64,000 bases of DNA, from positions 21,950,001 to 22,014,000 of the forward strand of contig NC_058368.1 in the NCBI RefSeq assembly GCF_018350175.1, read 5' to 3'. Shown here in pieces: positions 25,421 to 39,582 of this stretch. Both the position numbers and the translations under genes were made by a program. The notes beneath the pieces are model-generated. The model was not told where the DNA came from. It searched no databases and saw only the letters and a list, made by a program, of their open reading frames with translations. This DNA is from Felis catus (taxonomy: Eukaryota). Positions within the stretch are counted from its first letter, which is position 1. The number at the start of each line of letters is the position of its first letter.

Positions 25421-28400
25421 CTCTCCCAAAAATAAACAAACATTAAAAAAAAATCATTAACTGAACAACTATGACACACCAGTTGCGAAGTTTTGCTCAG
25501 AGTGTGGGCAACTCTCTCAAGTCCCTAAAATGGAGTGACTGCTTAAAGTCACTGCCTGAATCATCCTATGCAAGTATTTATTACAGACTTAACTTGTTAC
25601 ATTCTAACAGCCCAAGTCATTGAGCAAGACAGTCTTTGATTGATAATCTTTACCTTAGCAAATCAGTTATACAGTTTTCTTTTTTTTTTTTAATGTTTAT
25701 TTATTTTGAGAGGGAATGGAAGAGGGGCAGAGAGAGGGAAAAAGAGAATCCCAAGTAAGCTCTGTAGTGTCAGTTCAGAGCCCAATGCAGGCTTGTTCTC
25801 ACAACCACAAGATCACAACCTGAGCCAATATCAAGAGGTGGACGCTCAACTGACTGAGCCACCCAGGCACCCCCACCCGAGTCATGTAGTTTTTTTTTTT
25901 TTTAAAGTTTATTTATTTATTTTGAGAGACAGACAGTGTGAGTGGCGGAAGGGCAGAGAGAGAGGGAGACAGAAGAGAATCCTAAGCAGGCTCCATGCTG
26001 TCAGCTCAGAGACTGACCTGGGGCTCGAACTCACAAAACTACGGGACCATGACCTGAGCCCAAACCAAGAGTCAGATGTTTAACCGACTGAGCAACCCAG
26101 GCACCCCTAGTTTTCTTATTCAAAAAGACTTCTAACCTTACCACAAAGCATCTGAAGCTATCATGGAGACCAAAAAAAAAAAAAAAAAAAAAAAAGCCTC
26201 ACACAATAACCCAAGTTTTATCTCTGAGCCTTTCTTTTCTGGAACATCCAGTGTTTCCTAGAACATGTCATCCCTTCAGTGCTCAATCTCCCAGTTATTT
26301 GTCCCCTCTCTTATGCTCCTCCTATATATTGTTGCTCCTGTCCTTGCTATAAGATCTCAATGGCCCTGGCTAGTAAAAGAGATTTAGAAATGTGGACCTT
26401 ACTATAATTTGAATAATTAACCTTTGCTTTACCTGAATAAATGCAAACAAATGTCCCTCTGTCAATGTCATCTAGGCAGCGTACTCCCCATCCCTTCTTT
26501 TCAGTTTTGAACACCTGTAGCCTCACTTGAGGTCCATGCTGCACAACTCGGTTTTGACACATTTGTCGATTACACTTGCACAACAGGCTGCATTCATAAA
26601 TGCTGTCAATAAAATATGCAAGAGAAAATCAATCAGATATCCAAATTAAAAGCAAAAGCAGTTTATACCGCTACCTCACCAATAATTACCAAGGGAGGCA
26701 GACTAAGTGTGAAGGCTCCTAAAGCTAGACTGCCTGGATTCTCATCATAGCTCCAGCCATCTACTATACTAACTGTGTGGCTTGGATGAGTTATTTAACC
26801 TCTGTACTTCAATTTTCCATTTTTAAAAGTGGGGATATATGATAGTACCTGTCTTATAGGGCTGTTTTATAATTTAATGGGTATTTACAAGGTGCTTAAG
26901 GCAATGTCTGGCACATAATAAATGTTAGCTTTTAAAAAACTGTCTAGAAATGTCTGGGAAGGGAATGTCTAGGAAGAAAGATTTTCTGTTTCTATGTATT
27001 TTTTAATAACATCATTCTTGAAAGTTTGAAAACTCCCAATTTTTAAATGAGCTTTGTAAGCTATACTTCTTAATGAAGAAATGGCTGCCCAAAGCAGGCT
27101 AACCCTAGAGGGGAACAGCTACCTCAAAGCAAACATTTAAGTACGTTCTGTGTGGTACATGAGTGTTCTGTGACTTCCATTTCCAAGAACAATATATAAA
27201 TTTGTTTTTTTATTCCTTAATATATAGATTTGTGGTATAAAAATTAATATTTAATGATATCTATAAGACTATAGATCACAATAGTAAAGTACCCACCTTC
27301 AAAAATACAAACACCCTGCAACAAATCCTCAAGGTATCTTACCCAGTAGGTATTTGTCTCTGTAGTCTTTTATATTTATATCCAGTGGTTATTTTATTAC
27401 TCGACAAGGGGCAAGTCTTGGCATTCCTTGCTGTCAACTGAAGACATGCACATTTTGCTCTAAAAGGAAGGCAATGGATGGAGAAGTTAGAATAAAAAAG
27501 CACCAACTTGAGTAATGAGAGTCTTCTTAAAAGTGTAAATGACGGGCTCTGGGCTGATGGCTCAGAGCCTGGAGCCTGTTTCGGATTCTGTGTCTCCCTC
27601 TCTCTCTGCCCCTCCCCCATTCATGCTCTGTCTCTCTCTGTCCCAAAAATAAATAAACGTTGAAAAAAAATTTTTTTTAAAGTGTAAATGATAGGGGTGC
27701 TGTGGTGGTTCAGTCAGTTGAGTGTCTAACTCTTGGTTTTAGCTCAGGTCATGATAACACGGTTCATGAGCAAGCCCCACATAGGATTCTGTGCTGACAG
27801 TGCAGAGCCTGCTTGGGATTCTGTCTCCTTCTCTCTCTGCCCCTCCCCTGCTTGTGATCTCTCTCTCTCAAAAATAAATAAACATTAAAAACTGTAAATG
27901 ACAGTAAAGGATGTAATTGTATTTAGAATAGTCATTTGGCTCATGGACAGCTGGACTTCTTCCCTAAACAGATTTCTTTAAAAGACAAAAACTAAGAGGA
28001 ATTTATAAATAATTCCAAATAATATAAATAATTCTAAACTACCCTATCCCTGTATTTGTTCATGAAATACATACTTAACTATATGAGTTTTAGTTTTTTT
28101 TTTTTTTTTTAACGTTTATTTATTTTTGAGACAGAGAGAGACAGAGCATGAATGGGGGAGGACCAGAGAGAGGGAGACACAGAATCTGAAACAGGCTTCA
28201 GGCTCTGAGCTGTCAGCACAGAGCCCGACGCAGGGCTCGAACTCACGGACCGCGAGATCGTGACCTGAGCTGAAGTCGGACGCTTAACCGACTGCGCCAC
28301 CCAGGCGCCCCATAGTTTTAGTTTTTTTAAATGAATTCCTTTCATTTCCTATTCAGCAGAAGCTAGTTTGTGAAAATTCTCCTAGCTCCCCTCTCCTACA

Positions 28401-31400
28401 ATGGATAAACTTATGTGCGAAAGGGCATAGGTAGTTTTGCAGACATCTTAAATTATCTCTCCCTCCAATTACATGAAAACAATTGGGGAGATTGATGCTG
28501 GCCATCTGGCTACTACAATCTGCTTTTCATAATGTTGCTAAAGCAGACGACATACAACCATAGATTTCTTTCATGCAAGATGGCAATGTAGAAAGACCTC
28601 CTCCATAGACACACCAGATCTACCTATTTGTAAAGCAATGCTTTGGGAAGAACTGAAGGCTGACTGAACAGCTTCTTCACAACAAAAGATAGACCATGTA
28701 CAGAATGGCAAGAGAGACAGAGACACTGTAATGAAGGGAACCCCCACCACCTCTGACACTGCAAACTGCAGTGGGGAAGGACTGGTGGGCAGATTTATCT
28801 GCCCTGGGGCACAGAAAAAAAGAAATGACAACTAGAATACAAAGGAACTGGCCTTAGAACCCTGTTGATTGGCAGGGGAGCTGCTGCAACTCTCTGAGTT
28901 AGAGGGGCTGGCAAGTGCCCCATTTTACGTTTCCTCTGCACCTTAATAGCACAGATGAGAGTAGAGTCTGGGAGCCCTAATTGGACTATCACCATACCAA
29001 GCCTCAGATGCCTTGAAGCACAGAAAAAAAGCTGCATTTTCAAAGAACAACTAGGACATAAAAGACAGCCCTAAAACTATGCAAAATGGCAGGGAAGCTG
29101 CTGAAACCCTCTCAGAGTCAGAGAGGCTGGTGAACACCACAGGTGATATTCTCCCTCCACCCTGACAGTGCAGACAGGACAAGGGTCCAGGTACCTTAGC
29201 GGACCTACCACTGCAGTGAGCCTTGGGACCCTAGCCCACACCAGCCCTAGCCATCCCATTAAAGCGGCCCCAGTGCAGCACACACCAGATACCTCTGGTC
29301 AGCATTCACTGTAGCTGCAGACATCTCTTCAAGGTGACACAGGTGCAAAGTACCCTGGAAGACTCCAGGCTCACACTACTCTGGCTTCAGATGACATGTT
29401 AGCATATCCCTGGTACACAGTATCCTAGGACCTCCTGACCCATTTCCTGAATCAGCCCTAGCCACCCTGCCAGGGCCCCCTGAATAAAGAACTATGGGAC
29501 CTTTGGCCTAACACCCATTTAAGCTTCAGCTGTTTTCCCAAGGTACCCTCTCTGTGAAGAACCCTGGGACCATCCCAGACAATGTCCACTTCAGCGTCAG
29601 TTGTCTGGCCAATGTGCAATCTATGCTGAGAGCCCTAGGACTGCTCCATCCCACACCAACTTCATCTCCAGGCATCCCACCAGGACAGTGTCAGCATGGA
29701 GTCCTCTGTCCCACAGCCCACAAGAGCCACAGATCCAGCCAGTCAAAGTCACTTAGGCACACAGTCTCCACAGACACAATCACACACAAGATCATTACTT
29801 CCTGTTTAGGAGAAGTTAACAATTATACCTAATTCAACAGAAACAAAGACAGAAAGTCAAGTAAAATGAGGAGACAGGAATATGCTCCAAAAAAAAAAAA
29901 CTACACAAAACCTCAGAAAATAAGCTAAATGAAATGGAGATAAGCAATATGCTTGATAGAGAGTTCACAGTAATGATCATGAAGACATTTACCAAACTGT
30001 AGAAAAGATTGGATGAACTCAGTGAAAACTTCAACAAAGAAGATAGAAAATATGAAAAAGAACCAATCACAGTTGATGACTATAACTGAAATGAAAAATA
30101 TACTAGAGGGAATCAACAGATTCAAGGATGCAGAAGAACATATTAGCAATCTGAAAGATTGGGTAATAGAGTACCCAAGCTGAATAATGATAAGAAAACA
30201 CAAGTTAAAAAAAAAATGAGGATAGGTTAAGGGATCTCTTGGACAATATCAAGTGAGCAAACATTTGCACTACAGGGGTCCTGGAAGTAGAAGAGAGAGA
30301 TAAAGGGGTAGAAAAGTTATCTGAAGAAATAATAGCTGAATATTTCCCTAACCCAGGAAAGAAACAGACATCCAGGTTCAGAAAGCACAGAAAGTTTCAA
30401 ACAAGATGAATCCACAGAGGTCCACACCATGATACATAATAATTAAAACATTAAAGATTAAAGATAAGGATACAATTTTAAAAGCAGCAAAAGAGAAGCA
30501 ACTAGTAACATTTAAGGACAAACCCATAAAGCTATCAGCTGGTTTTTCAGCATAAACTTTGCAGGCCAGAAGGGAGTGGGCATGATATATTCAAACTACT
30601 GAAAGGAAAAAAAAAATCTACAACCAAGAATATTCTATTTGTCAAGATTATCATTCATAATTCAAGGAGACATAAAGACTTTCCCAGACAAACAAGTTAA
30701 AAGGTTCATCATTACCAGATTGTCCTTACAAGAAATGTTAAAATGGAACACAAAAGGCCATAATTAGAAGAAAATTATGAAAGGGAAGAGGACTCACAAA
30801 ATTAAAAGATATAAAATATGACAATATAGATATAAAATGTGGGAGTGGGGAGTTAAAATGAAGAAGTTGCTTTAGACTGTGTTTAACCTTAAGTGACCAT
30901 CAGCTTAATACAGACTACTCTATACTTAGGATGTTATATATAAACCTCACAGTAACCAAAAACCTGTAATAGAGATACAAAAGAAAGCCAAGCCTAATAC
31001 TAAAGAAAGTAATCAATCTTAAGGAATGAGAACAAGAGAAGAAAGGAATGGAGAACTACAGATATGTCCAGAAAACAATTAACAAAATGGCAATCAGCAC
31101 ACACTTATCAATAATTATGTTAAATGTAAATGGACTAAATGCTTCAATCAAAAGACATAGGGTGACAAAATGGATTTAAAAACAAAAACAAAGACTCATC
31201 TATGTGCTGCTTACAAGAGACTCTTCAGACCTAAAGACACAGACTGAAAGTGAAAAGATGGGAAATGATATTCCATGCAAATGGAAGTGGGAAAAAAAAA
31301 AACCTGTGGTAGCAGTATTATATTGGACAAAATGGACTTCAAAACAAAGATTGTAACAAGACACAAAAAAGGGCAATATATAATGATACAGGGATCAATC

Positions 31401-34400
31401 CAAAGACAGGATACAGCATTGTAAATATTTAAGCACTCAACATGGCAGCCCCTAAATGCATAAGGCAAGTTTTAACAGACATAAAGGGAGAAACTGACAG
31501 TAATACAATAATAGTAGGGGACTTTAATATCCTACTTACATCAGTGAACAGATCATCCAGGCAGAAAGTCAATAAGAAAACTATCTTTTTTTTTTTTTAA
31601 TTTTTTTAACGTTTTATTCATTTTTGAGACAGAGAGAGACAGAGCATGAACGGGGGAGGGGCAGAGAGAGAGGGAGACACAGAATCGGAAGCAGGCTCCA
31701 GGCTCTGAGCCATCAGCCCAGAGCCCGACGCAGGGCTCGAACTCACAGACCGCGAGATCATGACCTGAGCCGAAGTCAGACGCCCAACCGACTGAGCCAC
31801 CCAGGCGCCCCAAGAAAACTGTCTTTGAATAACACCAGACCAGATGGACTTAACAGATACACATATATAGAACATTCAAGCCAAATACAACAGAATACAC
31901 ATTCTTTCCAAGTGCACATAGAACATTCTATAGGATAGATCACATATCCCAATAAACAAGTCTTAATAAATTTAAGAAGACTGAAATCCTATCAAACATC
32001 TTTTCTGACCACAATGGAATGAAATTAGAAATCAATTACAAAAAAAAAAAAAGTGGAGAAACCATAAACATGTAGAGGCTAAACAATATGCTACTCAACA
32101 AGCAATGGCTCAATGAAAAACTCAAAGAGAAAATTTAAAAATACCTGCAAACAAATGAAACCCACTGGTCCAAAATCTTTGGGATGCAGCAAAAGAAATT
32201 TTAAAAGAGAAATGTATAGTGATCTCAAGAAACAAGAAAAATCTCAAACAATTTAAACTTACACCTCTAGAAATTAGAAAAAGAACAAGACCCAAAATTA
32301 GTAGCAAATAATAAAGAATAGGGCAGAAATAAATGTAAAAGAGACTAAGAAAAAAAAAATAGACAAGATCAATGAAACCAAGAGCTGAATCTTTGAAAAG
32401 AAAAACAAAATTGATAAACCTTTAGCCAGATTCATCAAGAACAAAAAGAGGATCCAAATAAATAAAATCAGAAATGAAAGGGGTAAAGTAACAACTGACA
32501 CTACAGAAATACAAAGGATGATAATAGATAAGAGACCACTATGAAAAATTACATGTCAACAAGTTAACAACCTAGAAGAAATGGGTAAGTTCACAGAAAC
32601 ATATAATTTTCCAAAACTATATCAAGAAAAAGAAAATCGGAATAGTCTGGTTACTAGTAACAAAACTAAACTGGAAATAAAAAAACTCCATTTAAAGAAG
32701 AGTTAATACATATTCTCAAACTATTCTAAAAAACAGAAGGGAAAGGAAAACTTCCAAATACATTCTATGAGGCCAGCATTATCTTGATACAAAAACCGAA
32801 TAAGTATATTACAAAAAATGAAACTACAGGCCAAGATTCCTGATGCAAAAATCCTCAACAAAAGATTAGCAAATCAAATTCAACAATACATTAAAAAGAT
32901 CATTTACCATGATCAAGTGGGATTTATTCCTGGGATGCAAAGATGGTTCAATATATGCAAATAAATCAACATGATACTCAACATTAACAAAAGGATAAAA
33001 ATCATAGGATCATCTCAGTAGATTCACAAAAAGCATTTGACAAAATTCAACATTGTTCATGATAAAAAAAAACTCTCAACAAAGTGGGATTAGAAGGAAC
33101 ATATCTCAACATAACAAAGGCCATAAATGACAAACTCAGAGCTAATATCATACTCAGTGGTGAAACCTGAGAGCTTTTCCTCTAAGATCAGGAATAAGAC
33201 CAGGATGTCCACTCCCACGACTTTTATTCAACAGAATACAGGAAGTCCTAGCCACAGCAATCAGACAAGAAAAAGAAATAAGAGGCATCCAAATTAGTAA
33301 GAAAGAAATAAAATTGTCACTATTTGCAGATGACATGATACTACATACAGAAAACCCTAAAGACTCCACCAAAAAAACTACTAGAACTGATAAATGAATT
33401 CAGTAAAATCAGAGGATACAAAATCGATGTACAGAAATCCATTGCATTTCTCTACATTAACTAATACAAAGAGAAATTAAGAAAGCAATCTCATTTACAA
33501 CTGTACCAAAATAGGGATGCCTGGGTGGCTCAGTTGGTTAAGCATCTGTCTTTGGCTCAGGTCATGATCTCGCGATTTGTGAGTTTGAGCCCTGTGTCAG
33601 TCTCTGTGCTGACAGTATAGAGCCTGGAGCCTGCTTCATATTCTGTGTCTCCCTCTCTTTGTGCCCCTCCCTCTTCCTCTCTCTCTGAGATAATAAACAT
33701 TAAAAAAAAAATTGTGCCACAATAATAAAATACCTAAGAATAAACTTAACCAAGGTGGGGGGGGGGTGCCTGGGTGGCTCAGTTGGTTAAATGTCTGACT
33801 TCAGCTCTGGTCATGATTTCACAGTTTGTGAGTTTAAGCCCTGCATTGGGTTCTGTGCCGACAGCCTGCTTCAGATTCTGTGTCTCCCTCTCTCTCTCTG
33901 CTCCTCTTCTGCTTGCACCCTCTCTCTTTCAAAAGTAAATAAACATTAAACAAATTTTTTAAATGGGGCGCCTGAGTGGCTCAGTCAGTTAAGCATCCAA
34001 ATTCGGCTCAGGTCATGATCTCCCAGTTGGTGGGTTCGAGCCCCGCATCGGGCTCTGTGCTGACAGCTGAGAGCCTGGAGCCTGCTTCGGATCCTGTGTC
34101 TCCTTCTCTCTCTGCCCCTCCCCTGCTCGCACTATTTCTCTCCCAAAAATAAACATTAAAAAATTTTTTTTAAAAAACTTAACCAAAGTGAAAAACCTGT
34201 ACTCTGAAAATGATGGATGAAAGAAATCAAAGACAAATGGAAAGATAGTCCATGCTCATGGATTGGAAGAATATTGTTAAAATGTCTATACTACCCAAAG
34301 CAATCTACAGATTTAATGCAATCCCTGTTAAAATATCAACAGAATTCTTCACAGAACTAGAATAATCCTAAAATTTGTATGGAACCACACCCACACACCC

Positions 34401-37400
34401 ACACACCCACACACACACACCAAAAAACCAAAACAATCTTGAAAAAGAAAAACAAAGCTGGAAGCATCACAATTCCAGATTTTAAGTTATACTACAAAGC
34501 CGTAGTAACCAAAATAGTATGGTACTGGCACAAAAACAGACACACATGTCAAAAGAACAGGATAGAAAGCCCTGAAACAAACCCATGATTATATGGTCAA
34601 TTAACATGACAAAAGAGGCAAGAACATGCAATGGGAAAAAGACACTCTTTTCAACAAATAGTGTTGGGAAAACATGATAGCTACATGCAAAAGAATAAGA
34701 CTGGACCACTTTCTCACATCATACATAAAAAAATAAAATCAAAATGGATTAAGGACCTAAATATGAGACCTGACACCAAAAAAGTCCTAGAAGAGAGCAC
34801 AGGCAGCAATTTCTCTGACATCAGTTGAAGCAATATTTTTCTAGATATGTCTCCTAAGGCAAGAGAAATAAAAGCAAAAATAAACTATTGGGACTACATC
34901 AAAATAAAAAGCTTCTATACAACAATGGAAACCATCAAGAAAACTAAAAGACAACCTATTGAATGAGAGAAGATATTTGCACATGACATTATCTGATAAG
35001 GGGTTAGTATCCCCAATATATAAGAACTTACACAACTTAACACCCAAAGGACAAACGATCCAATTAAGAAATGGGCAGAAGATATGAACAGAATTTCTCC
35101 AAAGAAGACATATGGCTAACAGACACATGAAAAGATGCTCAACATTACTCATCATCAGGGAAATGCATATCAAAACTACAGTAAGATATCATCTCACACC
35201 TTTCAAAATGGCTAAAATCAAAAACACAAGAAACAAGTTTTGGTGAAGATGTGGAGAAAAAGGAACTCTCCTATACTGTTGATGTGAATGCACACTGGTG
35301 CAGCCACTGTGGAAAACCATATGGAGGTTCCTCAGAAAGTTAAAAACTATGATCCAGTAATCGCAGTACTAGGTATTTACCCAAATAATAATAATAAAAA
35401 TACTAATTCAAAAGGATATATGCACCCCTATGCTTATTACAGCATTATATACAATAGCCAAATTATGGAAGCGACCTAAGTGTCCACCGATAGATGAATG
35501 GATATATGGATATAGAAGAGATGGTATACATATATATATGTGTCTGTGTGTGTATATATATATATGTAATGGAATATTTTTCAGACATAAATACAAATGA
35601 AATCCTGCCATTTGTAACAACATGGATGGAGCTTGAGAGTATAATGCTAAGTGAGATAAGTCAGTTAGGTAAAGACAAATACCATATGATTTCAGTCATA
35701 TGTGGAATTTAAGAAACAAAGTAAATGAGCAAAGGAATAAAAAAAAGAGAGAGATGGGGTGCCTGGGTGGCTCAGTCGGTTAAGTGCCTGATGCTTGGTT
35801 TTGGCTGAGGTCATGATCTCACCGTTAGTGGGTTTGAGGTGTGCATCAGGCTCTGTGCTGACAGCATGGAGCCTGCTTGGGATTCTCCTTCTGCCTTTCT
35901 CCCTCTCTGCCTTTCCCCCACTCACGTGTGCATGCACTCTCTATCTCTCAAAATAAATAAATAAAACTTAGCAGAGAGTGAGAGAGAAAAATCAAGAAAC
36001 AAACTCTAACTATAGAGAACAAACTGATGGTTATCAGAGGGGAGGTAGGTGGAGGAATAGGTTAAATAGCTGATGGGGATTAAGAGCACACATATCATGG
36101 GGCGCCTGGGTGGCTCAGTCGGTTAAGCATCCGACTTCGGCTCAGGTCATGATCTCTCAGTTCGTGGGTTTGAGCCCCGCATCAGGCTCTGTGCTGACAG
36201 CTCAGAGCCTGGAGCCTGTTTCATATTCTGTGTCTCCCTCTCTCTGACCCACCCCTGTTCATGCTCTGTCTCTCTCTGTCTCAAAAATCAATAAACGTTA
36301 AAAAAAAAAAAAAATTAAAAAAAAAAGAACACATATCATGATGAGCACTGAGTAATGTATAGAACTGTTGAATCGTTATAATGTACACCTGAAACTAACA
36401 CTCTATGTTAAGTACATTGGAATTAAAATAAAAATCTTAATAAAAAATTAAAATTAAAATGCAAGACAAAAAGCCCCAGAAATCTGTTGCATTTCTACAC
36501 ACTATTAACAAAGTACTAGAAAGAGAAATTAGGAAAAAAACAATCCCATTTATAATTGCACCAAAAGGAATAAAATATCTAGGAATAAACTTAAGAGGGG
36601 ACGCCTGGGTGGCTCAGTCGGTTAAGTGTCCGACTTCAGCTCAGGTCATGATCTCGCAGTTCGTGAGTTCAAGCCCCACATCAGGCTCTGTGCTGATGGC
36701 TCAGAGCCTGGAGCCTGTTTCAGATTCTGTGTCTCCCTCTCTCTCTGACCTTCCCCCGTTCATGCTCTCTCTCTGTCTCAAAAATAAATAAACGTTAAAA
36801 AAAAAAAACGTTAAGAGATAAAAATCCTATATTCTGAAAACTATAAAACACTTATGAAAGAAACTGAAGAGGACAAAAACAAATGGAAAGATATTCCATA
36901 TCCACGGACTGGAAGAATTAATATTGTTAAAATGTCCACATTACTCAAAGCAATCAATCTACAGATTCAATGCAATCCCTTTCAAAATACCAATAGTATC
37001 TTTCACATAGAACAAATAATACTAGAAGTTGTATGAAACCACAAAAGACTCTAAATATCCAAAGCAATCTTGGGAAAGAAGAAAAAAGCTGGAGATAACC
37101 CAATCTCAGATACCAAGATATACTACAAAGTTATAATAATCAAAATAGTATGGTACTGGCAAAAAAATAGACACTTAGATCAATGGAATAGATACAGAGC
37201 CCAGAAACAGATGTGCATTCACATGGTCAGTTAATCTTCAACAAAGGAGGCAAGAATATACTATGGGGGAAAGACAGTCTCTGCAATAAATGGTGCTGGG
37301 AAAACTGGACGGCTACACGCAAAAGAATGAAACTGGACCACTTTCCTACACCATACACAAAAATGAACTAAAAATGGATTAAAGACCTAAATGTGAGAAC

Positions 37401-39509
37401 TGAAACAATACAACTCCTAGAAGAAAAACATAGGCAGCCACTTCTTTGACATTGGCTGTAGAAACATTTTTCTAGATATGGCTCTTGAGGTAAAGGAATC
37501 AAAAGCAAAAATAAACTATTGGGGACTACACCAAAACAAAAAGCTTTTGCACAGCATGGGAAACCATCAACAAAATGAAAAGGAACCTACTCAATGGGAG
37601 AACATATTTGTAAATGACATACCTGATAAGGGGTTAATATCCAAAATAGGCAAAAAACCTCACACAACTCAAAACCAAAAAACCAAATAATCTGATTAAA
37701 GAATAGGCAGAGGACCTGAATAGACATTTTTCCAAAGAAGACATACAGATGACCAACAGATGCATGAAAAGATGCTCAACATCACTAAGTATCAGGAAAA
37801 TGAAAACCAAAACCACAATGAAAACAAACAAACAAAAACCACAGTGAGATACATCACTTCACACCTATCAGATGTCTATGACCCCACAGAAATAACAGGT
37901 GTTGGTCAGGATGTAGAGAAAAACACTATATACACTGTATATATCATCTCTAAAAATAAAACATTACATTTAAAAACTAAACTTTCAAAAGATTTGGTGC
38001 TACGTCCTCTATACTTTTAAGTACATATATACCTACAAAACAATATATTATACTGTTTTTAAAAATTCACTGTAGTTATTATCCTACAACTTGCCTTTTT
38101 CATTCAAAATAGTGTTTTTGAGATTCATCTGTGTTATATACAAATGTAGTTAATTCCTTCTAATTTTCGGACAGCATTTAGACAAGCAATTAAGTTGCTT
38201 AGTATATAACAAAGTTGCTTCTAGCTTTCAATATTTCGAACAATACTGCAGTGAACAGCTTGTTCTTCTGCTTATGTGTAAGCACCTCTAGAATAGTATC
38301 TCTCGAATATTTTTGAATATGAGCCACAGTAAAATACATGTTCTTCATGATCCTTTACAGGCATACATACTTCTCTGTGTATGTGTATAAACTGACACAG
38401 TGGCATGAAACTTTATCCTATGTATGATGCACTTGGTTTTTTTTTTTCCTTTTTAAAGATTTTAAGTAATCTGTAAACCCAATGCAGGGCTCAAACTTGA
38501 CAACTCCAAGATCAAGAGTCATGCTCTACCAAATGAGTCAGTCAGGTGCCCCTTGGGTATTTTTATTTAATTTAAAAAATGCTATTTACAACCGCTTTAA
38601 TGATTTTACATCCCACTAAATCTGTAGCTTGGAAAACAATACTCTAGATATACTTAAAAGTACTATTGCTGGAAAGAACATATGCATATATTCAATTGCT
38701 ATGTAATTGTTTGAACAACCCCTTGCAAAAAAACTGGTCTGGCTTTGTACAGTATTCTAGCTTTACAGTTATTCTCCTTTGGGATTTTAAGCTAACATGC
38801 CTGTTTGTGTCTTCCTTTACTTCTGATGAGACGTGTGCTGTCAATCTTTTTTTCTTATAGTGTTTGAGATTTATTCTGTACCTTAGAAACCTTTTAAGTT
38901 GCATCATGATGTATTTAGGTGTACATTTATCTTATTTTCCCTTTGTAGTACATTGTAGGCTTTTTTCACTCTGAGGACTCTGGCCTTTCTTCAGTTCTGG
39001 AAAACTTTCAGCTATCATCTCTTTAAATGTTGCTTTCTTCTTCTTCTCAGATATACTGGAGTTTCTCATTTTATCCTCCACAGTTTTTAATCTGTAAATT
39101 ATCTTCCCCATGTCTTTATCTGTTTGTATTCTGGGAGATCTCTTTCATTTTGCCTTGTAATTTACTAATGCTCTCTCCAGCTATATGAACTCTACCATTG
39201 AGTGTGTCTAGTTAGGGTTTTTTTTTTTTTTTTTTTTTTAATGTTTATTTATTTTTGAGAGAGAGGGTGAGACCCAGAGTGCAAGCAGGGTGGGACAAAG
39301 ACAGAGGGAGACACAGATTCCGAAGCAGGCTCCAGGCTCTGAGCTGTCAGCACAGAGCCCAAAATGCGGCTTAAACTCAGGAACTGCTAGATCATGACCT
39401 TGAGCTGAAGTCAGATGCTTAACTGACTGAGCCACTGAGGTGCCCCAATCTATTTAGTTTTTAATTTCATTGACCCCATGTTTTATTTCCCACATTTCCA
39501 TTTTTTTTC

Positions 39510-39582
<73 letters not shown>

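Noticed and set aside
14794..26602. Split SET domain as a sign of disruption or pseudogenisation
   Set aside because: A bifurcated SET domain is the normal SETDB1/SETDB2 architecture. The frame and the GWG, NHSC, ELxxDY and post-SET motifs are intact.
27460..27620. ORF 27339..27620 suggesting an N-terminally extended exon
   Set aside because: The extension is antisense SINE plus intron sequence. The true acceptor is at 27459, and a TGA directly precedes the SINE ATG.
31087..35712. Active L1 ORF2
   Set aside because: Multiple stops, frameshifts, deletions and nested SINEs; no long ORF survives.
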